Assembly (NCBI GenBank): GCA_001792345.1
Contig: MGGJ01000001.1
Coordinates: forward strand, 292,688 to 356,687
DNA length: 64,000 nucleotides
Direction of reading: 5' to 3'
From: Candidatus Woesebacteria bacterium RIFCSPHIGHO2_01_FULL_39_32
Lineage (GTDB): Bacteria > Patescibacteriota > Microgenomatia > UBA8517
The notes under the pieces are model-generated. The model did no database searches and had not been told where the DNA came from. It was given only the letters and a program-made list of their open reading frames with translations. A program made the position numbers and the translations under genes. Positions 45,114 through 53,234 of this stretch are shown here, piece after piece (within the stretch, counting starts at the first letter, position 1; each line of letters begins with the position of its first letter).

Positions 45114-45701
45114 ATGAGTTTATTATGGATTTTAGTAATAGTTGCAGTAGCTTTGGTAGCTTGGGTCATATCGGTCTATAACTTTTTTGTATCCAGTAAA
45201 GCAAGAATAAAAGCAGCTGTTCAAGAAATTGGAAACCAACTTAAAAGGCAGGTTGACCTGATACCAAACCTTGAGGAGTCTGCTAAGGGTTACCTAAAAC
45301 ACGAGAAAGGTGTTTACGAAGCTCTTACTGAGGCAAGAAAATCAATTACTTCCGCAATTAAATCCGGTGACGTTCAAAAAATGGCAGATGCAGGTAGTCA
45401 ACTTGCTTCAGTATTACCAAATATTCAAGTTGTTGTAGAGAGTAATCCTGAGTTAAAGGCATCAGAAGTTGTCTCAAAGTTAATGGATGAATTGAGAGAT
45501 ACTTCCGATAAAGTAATGTTTGCTCGACGCTTAGTCATCGATTTAACAGCAGACTATAACGTTAAAAGAGTAAGTGTTCCTTCAAATATTGTAGCCATGC
45601 TATTTAAATTTGAGGAACAGCCCGGATTGATAACACCAACCGAAGGTGAACACGTAAGCGTTGGAGAGGGTGAATTAAAGACCCCTAAAGTGAGTCTTTA
45701 A
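45114..45701 (+). CDS. lemA: LemA family protein
   Basis: N-terminal TM, YN, QLKRQVDLIPNL, HEK, ESNPELKAS, PSNIVA; GGTGGTGA SD. Confidence 0.9.
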   Translation: MSLLWILVIVAVALVAWVISVYNFFVSSKARIKAAVQEIGNQLKRQVDLIPNLEESAKGYLKHEKGVYEALTEARKSITSAIKSGDVQKMADAGSQLASVLPNIQVVVESNPELKASEVVSKLMDELRDTSDKVMFARRLVIDLTADYNVKRVSVPSNIVAMLFKFEEQPGLITPTEGEHVSVGEGELKTPKVSL

Positions 45702-45705
45702 ATTT

Positions 45706-46659
45706 ATGCAGAATATTTACGAAGCTGTCGCTTCTAACAAGAGGAAAAGCGCTCTTATACTAATTGTCTTTTTACTGTTTACGACGGTAGTTATATATGT
45801 TTTGGCCCAAGCTTTTGCCGTTTATATGGGTTATGAACCCGGAGGGCTTGGGTTTGTAGGTATTGCACTAATTTTTTCGGGTTTAGTAAGTTTTTCTAGC
45901 TATTGGTATTCCGACAAAATAGTTCTGGCGATTTCATCAGCACGTCCGGCAGACAGAAAGAAAGAGTTTGACTTTTATACTGTAGCTGAGAATTTGGCAA
46001 TTGGAACTGGTTTACTAAAACCAAAACTTTATGTAATTGAAGATACTGCTCCAAATGCTTTTGCGACTGGTCGCGATCCCGAACACGCCGTTATCTGTGC
46101 TACCACAGGATTACTTCAAAAGTTAAGTAGAACTGAACTTGAGGGAGTGATTGCACACGAACTTTCTCACATTAGAAACTATGACATACGGCTAATGAGT
46201 ATTGTTGCTGTTTTGGTTGGGACTGTTGCTTTGATGGCTGATTGGTTTTTGAGAATAAGCTTCCGAGGAGGTAGAAGGGATGATAGGGATAAAAGTCAAT
46301 TGGCGGCTTTATTTTTGCTTCTAGGTTTGATATTTGCGATTTTGTCACCGTTGATAGCTCAACTAATTCAACTTGCAATATCTCGAAGACGAGAATTTAC
46401 TGCGGATGCGTCAGCTGTGGGAATTACTCGTCAACCCTCCGGGTTGATAACAGCGTTAGAAAAAATCGCAACGGATCATGAGCCCCTTGAAGCAGCCAAC
46501 AAAGCAACAGCACACCTTTATATTATTAATCCATTTAAGTTTGACTCAAAAAGGGCTTACCCTGAGCGAAGTCGAAGGGCAGTTAACTGGTTCTCGGGTT
46601 TATTCAATACTCACCCACCTGTAGAAGAAAGAATTAAAGTTCTCCAAAGTATGGTTTGA
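45706..46659 (+). CDS. htpX: Zinc metalloprotease HtpX (M48)
   Basis: PNAFATGRDP, AHELSHI, ISRRREFTADA, LFNTHPPVEERI. Confidence 0.93.
   Translation: MQNIYEAVASNKRKSALILIVFLLFTTVVIYVLAQAFAVYMGYEPGGLGFVGIALIFSGLVSFSSYWYSDKIVLAISSARPADRKKEFDFYTVAENLAIGTGLLKPKLYVIEDTAPNAFATGRDPEHAVICATTGLLQKLSRTELEGVIAHELSHIRNYDIRLMSIVAVLVGTVALMADWFLRISFRGGRRDDRDKSQLAALFLLLGLIFAILSPLIAQLIQLAISRRREFTADASAVGITRQPSGLITALEKIATDHEPLEAANKATAHLYIINPFKFDSKRAYPERSRRAVNWFSGLFNTHPPVEERIKVLQSMV
46551..46580. repeat. REP-like palindrome, copy 4, in frame within htpX
   Basis: AAGGGC-TTACCCTGAGCGAAGTCG-AAGGGC; reverse complement GCCCTTCGACTTCGCTCAGGGTAAGC. Confidence 0.85.
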
Positions 46660-46716
46660 TAATAAAGTAACTTTTCTGTAACGATATTTAAGTCTAATTT
46701 TTGCGTAATATTCTTG

Positions 46717-46740
46717 ATCTTTCATCACAATGAAAGATCG
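46717..46740. terminator. Perfect 10-bp hairpin downstream of htpX (possible terminator or operator)
   Basis: GATCTTTCAT-CACA-ATGAAAGATC. Confidence 0.45.
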
Positions 46741-47234
46741 TGAAAAACAAGTTAAAATTCGCAGGTAAATACATTAAATTAAGATTTATGAATAAGCCCA
46801 TAATTAATTGAGCTAAAGGATATTTTTTAGGTAGAATAATAAAAATAATACGAATTTTAGTATTGTTTTACAGTAATATCAATTCATATATATAATATCT
46901 TATAATTATATACTTATTGCAATTATTTGGTAAAAAGGTCGAGGAAAATATTTTAGCACTTTTTACCCCACAGTGATTAGTGTCGTGCGTGATTTATATC
47001 AATTTATGCTTGAGGTAAAAATGATAATTATTTTGATTAACAACTTTCTTTATAGAAAGTAAGTATGATGATTTTATTGTACGTCTATAGTTAACGTGTT
47101 GTAATTAATCGAAATAAGATAATGAAAACTATGTAAATGAAACATTGTACTTTTTATTTATATTTATAATGTTATAGGTTACAACAAAAATGTTACAAAC
47201 AAATATGGGTAAATATATTGTACAGACACTATGA

Positions 47235-47750
47235 TTAAATATTTTGTTCATTGTCAGCAATTCTTTTTCCAAAGAATACATAACCCTTCCGATAGATACT
47301 TATGAGTATCTGGGGCCGCTCTTTATTAACATCTATCTTTTGTCTTAAGCGTAAAATAGTGATACGAATAGAATTTGGAGAAACTGATTTATTTGCCCAT
47401 AAATGTTGCCGGATTTCTTTCTTAGTTATTATCCTAATATTATTTCCTGTTGATTCATTGGAAGCAAAGAGCGAAAAGAGCCTATTCTCAATAGTTGTAA
47501 GAGAAACTGCTGAGTTTCCAAATACTATTACTCCTTCCTCTTGGTAATATCTGTAAGGAAAAGGTTTAAAAAAGCTTCCGGGAATGGAATGAATTGACTC
47601 GTTTTTTACGATCCGATCTACGAAGCCTTCGTTTTCAATTTTTTGTTTTAGTATACTCGCAAGTTCAACTGCCTTTTTTGCTTGTTTTATATCACCTTCT
47701 TCGAGAGCTTTACGATATATGGCAAAGATACTGTCCTCAATTAGCCCCAT
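47235..47750 (-). CDS. OmpR/PhoB-type winged-helix DNA-binding protein without a receiver domain
   Basis: SLTTIENRLF..IITKKEIRQHLW...SIRITILRLRQKI...ISIYRKGYVF. Confidence 0.8.
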   Translation of the reverse strand: MGLIEDSIFAIYRKALEEGDIKQAKKAVELASILKQKIENEGFVDRIVKNESIHSIPGSFFKPFPYRYYQEEGVIVFGNSAVSLTTIENRLFSLFASNESTGNNIRIITKKEIRQHLWANKSVSPNSIRITILRLRQKIDVNKERPQILISIYRKGYVFFGKRIADNEQNI

Positions 47751-47783
47751 AATATGTATTTTACATGACTATTGAGGGAGGTT

Positions 47784-48113
47784 TCAACGCGCTACAATAA
47801 TATATAGCTTTCTTAAAGCAACTAAAGTAATTCCCCAGGCAATAGGAAGCCAGATTGGCAACAAGGTAAAGATTTGTATATCAACGTCCAATTTCCAATT
47901 AGTTAGGGAAAAGGAAGCTCCGATGAGCGAAATGATTACCCCAAGCCAAAACAAAAAAAAGTCGCCCCTTTCCCTTAATAAAGTAAAGTAAAAAAGAACT
48001 ATCCCAATCGAAATGTACTCTAGGGTTCTCGTTTGGGAAGTAAGGTAGGTTATTAAAAATAGCCATGAAAAGTAAAGAATATAAAAAACTACGATAAGGG
48101 TTTCTTTCTTCAC
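47784..48113 (-). CDS. Small multi-TM hypothetical protein
   Basis: About four hydrophobic helices; LPIWLPIAWG. Confidence 0.65.
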   Translation of the reverse strand: MKKETLIVVFYILYFSWLFLITYLTSQTRTLEYISIGIVLFYFTLLRERGDFFLFWLGVIISLIGASFSLTNWKLDVDIQIFTLLPIWLPIAWGITLVALRKLYIIVAR

Positions 48114-48132
48114 TTTATTTAGTCTACAACAT

Positions 48133-48160
48133 TTGACAAGGAAAAAAATATATGTACAAT
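48133..48160 (+). promoter_or_regulatory. sigma70-type promoter of the gat leader
   Basis: TTGACA 48133-48138, 16-nt spacer, TACAAT 48155-48160. Confidence 0.75.
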
Positions 48161-48168
48161 TTAGAAAA

Positions 48169-48210
48169 ATGAAAATTAATAGAGAGCAACAGAACCAGAA
48201 TTCTTCCTAA
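48169..48210 (+). CDS. Putative Gln/Asn-rich attenuator leader peptide MKINREQQNQNSS
   Basis: ATG AAA ATT AAT AGA GAG CAA CAG AAC CAG AAT TCT TCC TAA; 6 of 13 codons are Gln/Asn, 5 of them consecutive. Confidence 0.75.
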   Translation: MKINREQQNQNSS

Positions 48211-48250
48211 TTACGGAAGCTGGTTTTATATATAAAATTTAGGTAAAATC

Positions 48251-48280
48251 AAACTAGCTTCTAAAAGAGCTAGTTTTTTT
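48251..48280 (+). terminator. Intrinsic terminator (attenuator) ending 1 nt before the gatC start
   Basis: AAACTAGCTT-CTAAAA-GAGCTAGTTT-TTTT. Confidence 0.8.
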
Positions 48281-48281
48281 A

Positions 48282-49859
48282 ATGAAAAAAACAATCTTAT
48301 CAAAAGATAAAATCAAACACATTGCTAAGTTGGCAAACTTGTCTTTAGGCGAGAAAGAGCTTCAGAAGTACACAGAACAACTATCCTCTGTTTTGAATTA
48401 CGTGGAAATTCTCCGACAAGTCCGCACAAGAAATGTTCCTCCTACTTATCAAGTTTTAGATGAAACTAAGAATATTTTTCGGGAAGATGAGATTAAAGAA
48501 AGTTTTTCACAGAAGGATGCACTTGCCCAATCCAAAGCTACGCATAACGGTTATTTTTTAGCTAGAAATGTATTTGAAGAAAGAGAAACTTCGACTAAAA
48601 TCCTAAAACACAAAAAAAGAAAGGTAATAGATAAATACAATGCGATTTTATCCTTAGTAAATTCAAAGGGAAATGTTGGTCACAAAGACTTATTCATAAC
48701 AAAAGGAATTGAAACAACTGCAGGTTCGAGAGTTTTAGAAGGTTATATACCGCAGTACAATTCTTCTGTCGTTTCTGACTTTATAGAGGCTGGTTTTATA
48801 ACAAAATATAAACTAAATCAAGATGCTTGGGGGCATGGGGCAAGCGGTGAAAACTCTGACTTTGGACCAACGAAAAATCCGTGGAACATAAAGAAAGTTG
48901 CCGGTGGTTCCTCAAGTGGAAGCGCGGTGGTTGTCGCAACCAGAAAGGTTGATGTCGCGACGGCAACCGATACCTGCGGTTCTATTCGAATGCCTTCTGC
49001 CTACAATAACGTATGCGGAATAAAGCCAACTTATGGGGCAGTTAGTAGGTATGGAGTCATAGCTTTTGCAAGCAGCTTAGATTGTCCCGGGTTATTATCA
49101 ACTTCAGTTGGAAAACTAAAAAAGTTTTTTAATTTAATAAATAAAAAGGATCTATTTGATGCAACAAGTCAAAGTAAAAGTCGCGGACGAAATTTAGGTA
49201 AACAAAAAGGAATTATCGGAATTCCTATAGAGTTTTTAAGCGATGGGATTGACAGCGAGATCAAAAAAATATTTATGCAAGCCGTGGATACTTTTAAAAA
49301 AGCCAATTTTAAAATTAAAAAAGTATCGCTTCCCCATACGAAATACGGAATTGCCGCTTACTACATTATTGCTCCTACCGAAGCTGCTAGTAACTTGGCA
49401 AGGTACGATGGAGTTCGATATGGAAATGATAGAAACTATTTTGGGCCCGAAGCAAAAAGGAGAATAATGTTGGGAACCTTTGCATCTTCTGCAGGTTATA
49501 CTGGCAGATATTATGAGAAAGCTGCCCGCGTTAGGACACTTTTTATTAGAGATCTAGAAAAAGCTTATAAGAAAGTTGACGCAATTTTAGCTCCAGTTTC
49601 TCCAATACCGCCTTTTGATATTGGTGAGAAATCGGGCGACCCATTGCAACTTTATTTAATGGATATCTACGCCACCCCATCAAGCTTGTCAGGTACGCCA
49701 TCGCTTTCTATTCCCTGCGGTTTTACAAAGAATGATCTTCCAGTTGGAATGCAAATTATGGGTCCAAGATGGTCAGAGGAAATGCTTTTTGATCTAGGGG
49801 AGAAATATCAAAGGCTAACTGACTGGCACAAAAGAAAACCAAACCTAGCTGATGAATAA
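48282..49859 (+). CDS. gatA: Fused GatC-GatA subunits of Asp/Glu-tRNA amidotransferase
   Basis: Residues ~1-100 are GatC (HIAKLANL...REDE...NGYF). The amidase follows: HKDL, TTAGS, FGPTKNPW, GGSSSGSA, DTCGSIR, SNLARYDGVRYG. Confidence 0.9.
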   Translation: MKKTILSKDKIKHIAKLANLSLGEKELQKYTEQLSSVLNYVEILRQVRTRNVPPTYQVLDETKNIFREDEIKESFSQKDALAQSKATHNGYFLARNVFEERETSTKILKHKKRKVIDKYNAILSLVNSKGNVGHKDLFITKGIETTAGSRVLEGYIPQYNSSVVSDFIEAGFITKYKLNQDAWGHGASGENSDFGPTKNPWNIKKVAGGSSSGSAVVVATRKVDVATATDTCGSIRMPSAYNNVCGIKPTYGAVSRYGVIAFASSLDCPGLLSTSVGKLKKFFNLINKKDLFDATSQSKSRGRNLGKQKGIIGIPIEFLSDGIDSEIKKIFMQAVDTFKKANFKIKKVSLPHTKYGIAAYYIIAPTEAASNLARYDGVRYGNDRNYFGPEAKRRIMLGTFASSAGYTGRYYEKAARVRTLFIRDLEKAYKKVDAILAPVSPIPPFDIGEKSGDPLQLYLMDIYATPSSLSGTPSLSIPCGFTKNDLPVGMQIMGPRWSEEMLFDLGEKYQRLTDWHKRKPNLADE

Positions 49860-51180
49860 TAGACTTGAGCCGACTATTGGGCTGGAAATACATGCTGAGT
49901 TGCGAACAAACTCAAAAATGTTTTGTGGATGTACAGCTGATCACTTTGGGAAAATCCCAAATACTCAAACATGCCCCGTTTGTTTGGGCCTTCCCGGAGC
50001 ACTCCCAGTACCAAATAAGAAAGCAGTAGAGTGGACAATAATGTTGGGTCTCGCCTTAAACTGTAAAGTTAATCGCGTCTCTAAATTTGACAGAAAGCAT
50101 TACTTTTATCCGGACTTACCAAAAGGATATCAAATTAGCCAATATGATGAACCACTAGCTATAAATGGATGGCTAGAAATCCAAAATCCAAATTCTAAAA
50201 TCCCAGAAAAAATTAGAATCACTAGAGTTCACCTCGAGGAAGATACGGGAAAACTTCAACACACAACTTTGGATGGGAAGAGAGTCACTTTAGTTGATTT
50301 TAATAGAAGCGGAGTTGCCTTGGTTGAGATTGTGACCGAGCCTGATATTCATTCGGGATCACAAACCAAAGAATTCGCTCAAAAACTTCAAAATATTATC
50401 CGTTATCTTGGTATATCGGATTGTGACATGGAAAAAGGCTCTATGCGGCTTGAGGCAAACACATCCTGGGGGTTAGATCTTGGCTATAAAGTTGAAATTA
50501 AAAATCTAAACTCCTTTAGATTTGTTGAAAAAGCCGTTGATTATGATTTGGTGAGGCAAAAAGCGATGCTGGACAAAGGCGAAACCCCAAGACAAGAAAC
50601 GAGGGGCTGGAGTGAGAAAGAAGGAAAAACTGTGACGCAAAGGTATAAAGAAACTGCTGCTGACTACCGATATTTCCCGGAACCTGACATTCCTCCAATG
50701 ATTTTTGATAAAGCATTTATTGAAAGAATCGGAAAATCTATTCCCGAATTACCTGAAACAATGTTAAACCGTTTCGTTAAGCAATATGCTATAAGAAAGG
50801 ATTATGCCGAGATACTCACAACTGAAAAAAATCTTGCTAACTTTACGGAAAAGGTGTTTAAACTTGCATATTCCAACAAAATTCCTTTGGACAAAGTTGC
50901 GGGTTACATCGTAAATTCGAAAATTGATTACAAAAAAGTTGAACCCAAAGAAATCATTACCCTCATACAAAAGAAAAAAGCCGGAAAGGTTGAGAACGAG
51001 GAAGCGATTGTAAAATGGATAGATGCAGTATTAAAGCTAAATCCCCAGGCTGTGGCAGATTATAAAAAGGGTAAATTAAACGCAATCTCAGTTCTTATTG
51101 GAAACGTTATGAAAATATCAAAAGGTTCTGCTAATCCTATGAAAGTTAGGCAGCTAATTGAAAAGAAACTCTCCGATTAG
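49852..51180 (+). CDS. gatB: Asp/Glu-tRNA amidotransferase subunit B
   Basis: IGLEIHAEL, CPVCLGLPG, RKHYFYPDLPKGYQISQ, HLEEDTGK, DYRYFPEPD. Confidence 0.97.
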   Translation: MNNRLEPTIGLEIHAELRTNSKMFCGCTADHFGKIPNTQTCPVCLGLPGALPVPNKKAVEWTIMLGLALNCKVNRVSKFDRKHYFYPDLPKGYQISQYDEPLAINGWLEIQNPNSKIPEKIRITRVHLEEDTGKLQHTTLDGKRVTLVDFNRSGVALVEIVTEPDIHSGSQTKEFAQKLQNIIRYLGISDCDMEKGSMRLEANTSWGLDLGYKVEIKNLNSFRFVEKAVDYDLVRQKAMLDKGETPRQETRGWSEKEGKTVTQRYKETAADYRYFPEPDIPPMIFDKAFIERIGKSIPELPETMLNRFVKQYAIRKDYAEILTTEKNLANFTEKVFKLAYSNKIPLDKVAGYIVNSKIDYKKVEPKEIITLIQKKKAGKVENEEAIVKWIDAVLKLNPQAVADYKKGKLNAISVLIGNVMKISKGSANPMKVRQLIEKKLSD

Positions 51181-51230
51181 TTTGGTGTATCATTAATCGA
51201 TGATAAGCGGAGCTTGTCACCAACTAGTTT

Positions 51231-52478
51231 ATGATAACCGAGTACGCCGGCCTTTTTTCCAATAGGAAATTTTTATATCTTTGGACTTCACAGATTCTTT
51301 CACAACTGACAATTCAGATAATGAATTTTACTCTCCTTATTTTACTTTTCGATAGGACAGGTTCAACTATTGCGACTTCATTTTTGTGGATCTCATATGC
51401 TCTTCCCGCTATTTTTATAGGTCCGTTTGCTGCGGCCTCAATAGACGTCACAGACAAAAGGAAAGTGCTTATCATAACCAATTTTCTGCAGTCTTTACTT
51501 ATTTTTCTATACGCCTTGGTCCAGCACACTTCTGTCTTTTTACTTTACGGCATAGCAATACTTTATTCTCTATTAAATCAATTCTATGTGCCCGCAGAGC
51601 TAAGTAGCTTACCAACTCTAATCAAAAAAGAGTTTTTATCACAGGCAAACGGTTTATTTTTCATTACCCAGCAAGCAGCATTAATCATTGGTTTTGGTAT
51701 AGCCTCTCCCTTTTATACATATTTAGGTTTTAAAAATACTCTTTTAATATGTTCAATGCTTTTATTGTTGGCTTCGGTCTCTACAGTATTTCTTCCGCGT
51801 ATGATAGTGATTGAAAGGCAAACTAAATTATTAGAAAAAAATCTATTGGCCTTTGTTAAAAAAATCTTGGAAGGCTACGAACTGATAAGGGAAAACAGAA
51901 ACGTTTTAGCACCGTTTTTACTACTGATGAGTCTCCAAATTGCTCTCGCTATCGCAGTTGTTAATGCTCCCGTAATTGCCACTGCCATATTCGGCATTCC
52001 CATTAACTTGATCGGACTTTTCTTAATTGTTCCGGCCGGTGTTGGATCAGCAATTGGGGCCTTTATAATTCCCAGACTATTAAGAAAAAATGTAAGGAAA
52101 ATAAAGCTTATCCAAAATTTTCTTTTTGTTTTGTCTTTAGTCCTTTTCACACTGATCTTTATTCTACCTAACTTTCCGCAGCCACAAAGATTGGTTATCG
52201 GAATGATCACGCTTATCCTCTCTGGAATATCCTTCGTTGGTGTATTTATCCCATCGCAAACATTTCTTCAGGAAAAAACTCCCGGAGGATTTCGTGGTAG
52301 AGTTTTTGGTAATTATTGGTTTTTGGTCACCATAGCAACAGTGTTTCCTGTAATTTTTTCGGGAACAATAACTGAACTTTTCGGTATTAAAATTTTGCTT
52401 TTCATACTAGCAATAGGGTTAGCTAGTTTGTTTGTTTTCATTCGCAACCGAGGAGAAGCTTTTTTATCGAGTATCTAA
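51231..52478 (+). CDS. MFS transporter
   Basis: ~12 TM helices; D..DKRK loop; FLQEKTP..FRGRVFG. Confidence 0.88.
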   Translation: MITEYAGLFSNRKFLYLWTSQILSQLTIQIMNFTLLILLFDRTGSTIATSFLWISYALPAIFIGPFAAASIDVTDKRKVLIITNFLQSLLIFLYALVQHTSVFLLYGIAILYSLLNQFYVPAELSSLPTLIKKEFLSQANGLFFITQQAALIIGFGIASPFYTYLGFKNTLLICSMLLLLASVSTVFLPRMIVIERQTKLLEKNLLAFVKKILEGYELIRENRNVLAPFLLLMSLQIALAIAVVNAPVIATAIFGIPINLIGLFLIVPAGVGSAIGAFIIPRLLRKNVRKIKLIQNFLFVLSLVLFTLIFILPNFPQPQRLVIGMITLILSGISFVGVFIPSQTFLQEKTPGGFRGRVFGNYWFLVTIATVFPVIFSGTITELFGIKILLFILAIGLASLFVFIRNRGEAFLSSI

Positions 52479-52508
52479 TGGTGAAAATATTTTGCTAAAA
52501 TAGTTAAT

Positions 52509-53234
52509 ATGGACGATCTAGCAGAACAACCTTCAAGAAGAAAATATGAAGAAAGGCACAAAAGTTTAGCAAAACGAACCCACAATTTACTGATGGACGT
52601 AATAAAAAGACAGCATTTTGAGTTGACTCATGACAGCCACATTCCCGAGCTACTTAATCCAAGAGGATTTGAAGAAATAGTAATTCCTGCTACCGAGATG
52701 TTCTTGCAAGAGGGCGATCAAGTTGTGTTTGGATTTATTGATATGGACAAAATGAAGGCAATAAATGATAAATACGGTCATCCAAAGGGAGATGAAGTAA
52801 TAAAAATGCTTGCAGAAGTATTGCAAAAATATTTTAAAAGAGAAACAGACATTATTGCCTTAAATCATCCCAAAGAAGGAGAAAAACCCCAAGGTGGTTT
52901 AGCTAGGCGGGGTGGTGATGAATTTCTTTTAGCTATTGCTTTGACCGACATAGAGAGAGTAAAAATGTTTTTACAAGATGCCAAGGAAGAATTTGAAAAA
53001 GAGGCACAAAAGATAACTCCAGAAATTGTTCCTAGTTTTAGCTTTGGCCTAGCTAGTATGAGAGAAAAACTCGAAGAAATATATGACAGGGATAAAATAC
53101 AAGAAGGAAATCTCGCGGTCTCACAAATTGAAGCAGTAGACGCCGAGCCTTCCTATTTGATGGTATCTGCACTTCAAGTCGCTGAAATGAGAATGTACAA
53201 AGATAAATCAGAAAGGGGACAGGCAAGAACCTAA
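52509..53234 (+). CDS. GGDEF-domain (diguanylate cyclase-like) protein
   Basis: FIDMDKMKAINDKYGHPKGDEVI, RRGGDEF, SFSFG, RMYKDK. Confidence 0.88.
   Translation: MDDLAEQPSRRKYEERHKSLAKRTHNLLMDVIKRQHFELTHDSHIPELLNPRGFEEIVIPATEMFLQEGDQVVFGFIDMDKMKAINDKYGHPKGDEVIKMLAEVLQKYFKRETDIIALNHPKEGEKPQGGLARRGGDEFLLAIALTDIERVKMFLQDAKEEFEKEAQKITPEIVPSFSFGLASMREKLEEIYDRDKIQEGNLAVSQIEAVDAEPSYLMVSALQVAEMRMYKDKSERGQART

Noticed and set aside
46660-47234. Possible replication origin
   Set aside because: AT-rich, but I found no cluster of DnaA boxes (TTATCCACA) and no dnaA/dnaN nearby.
51207-51220. GCGGAGCTTGTC as a sixth REP copy
   Set aside because: Only a partial match, lacking the complementary arm.
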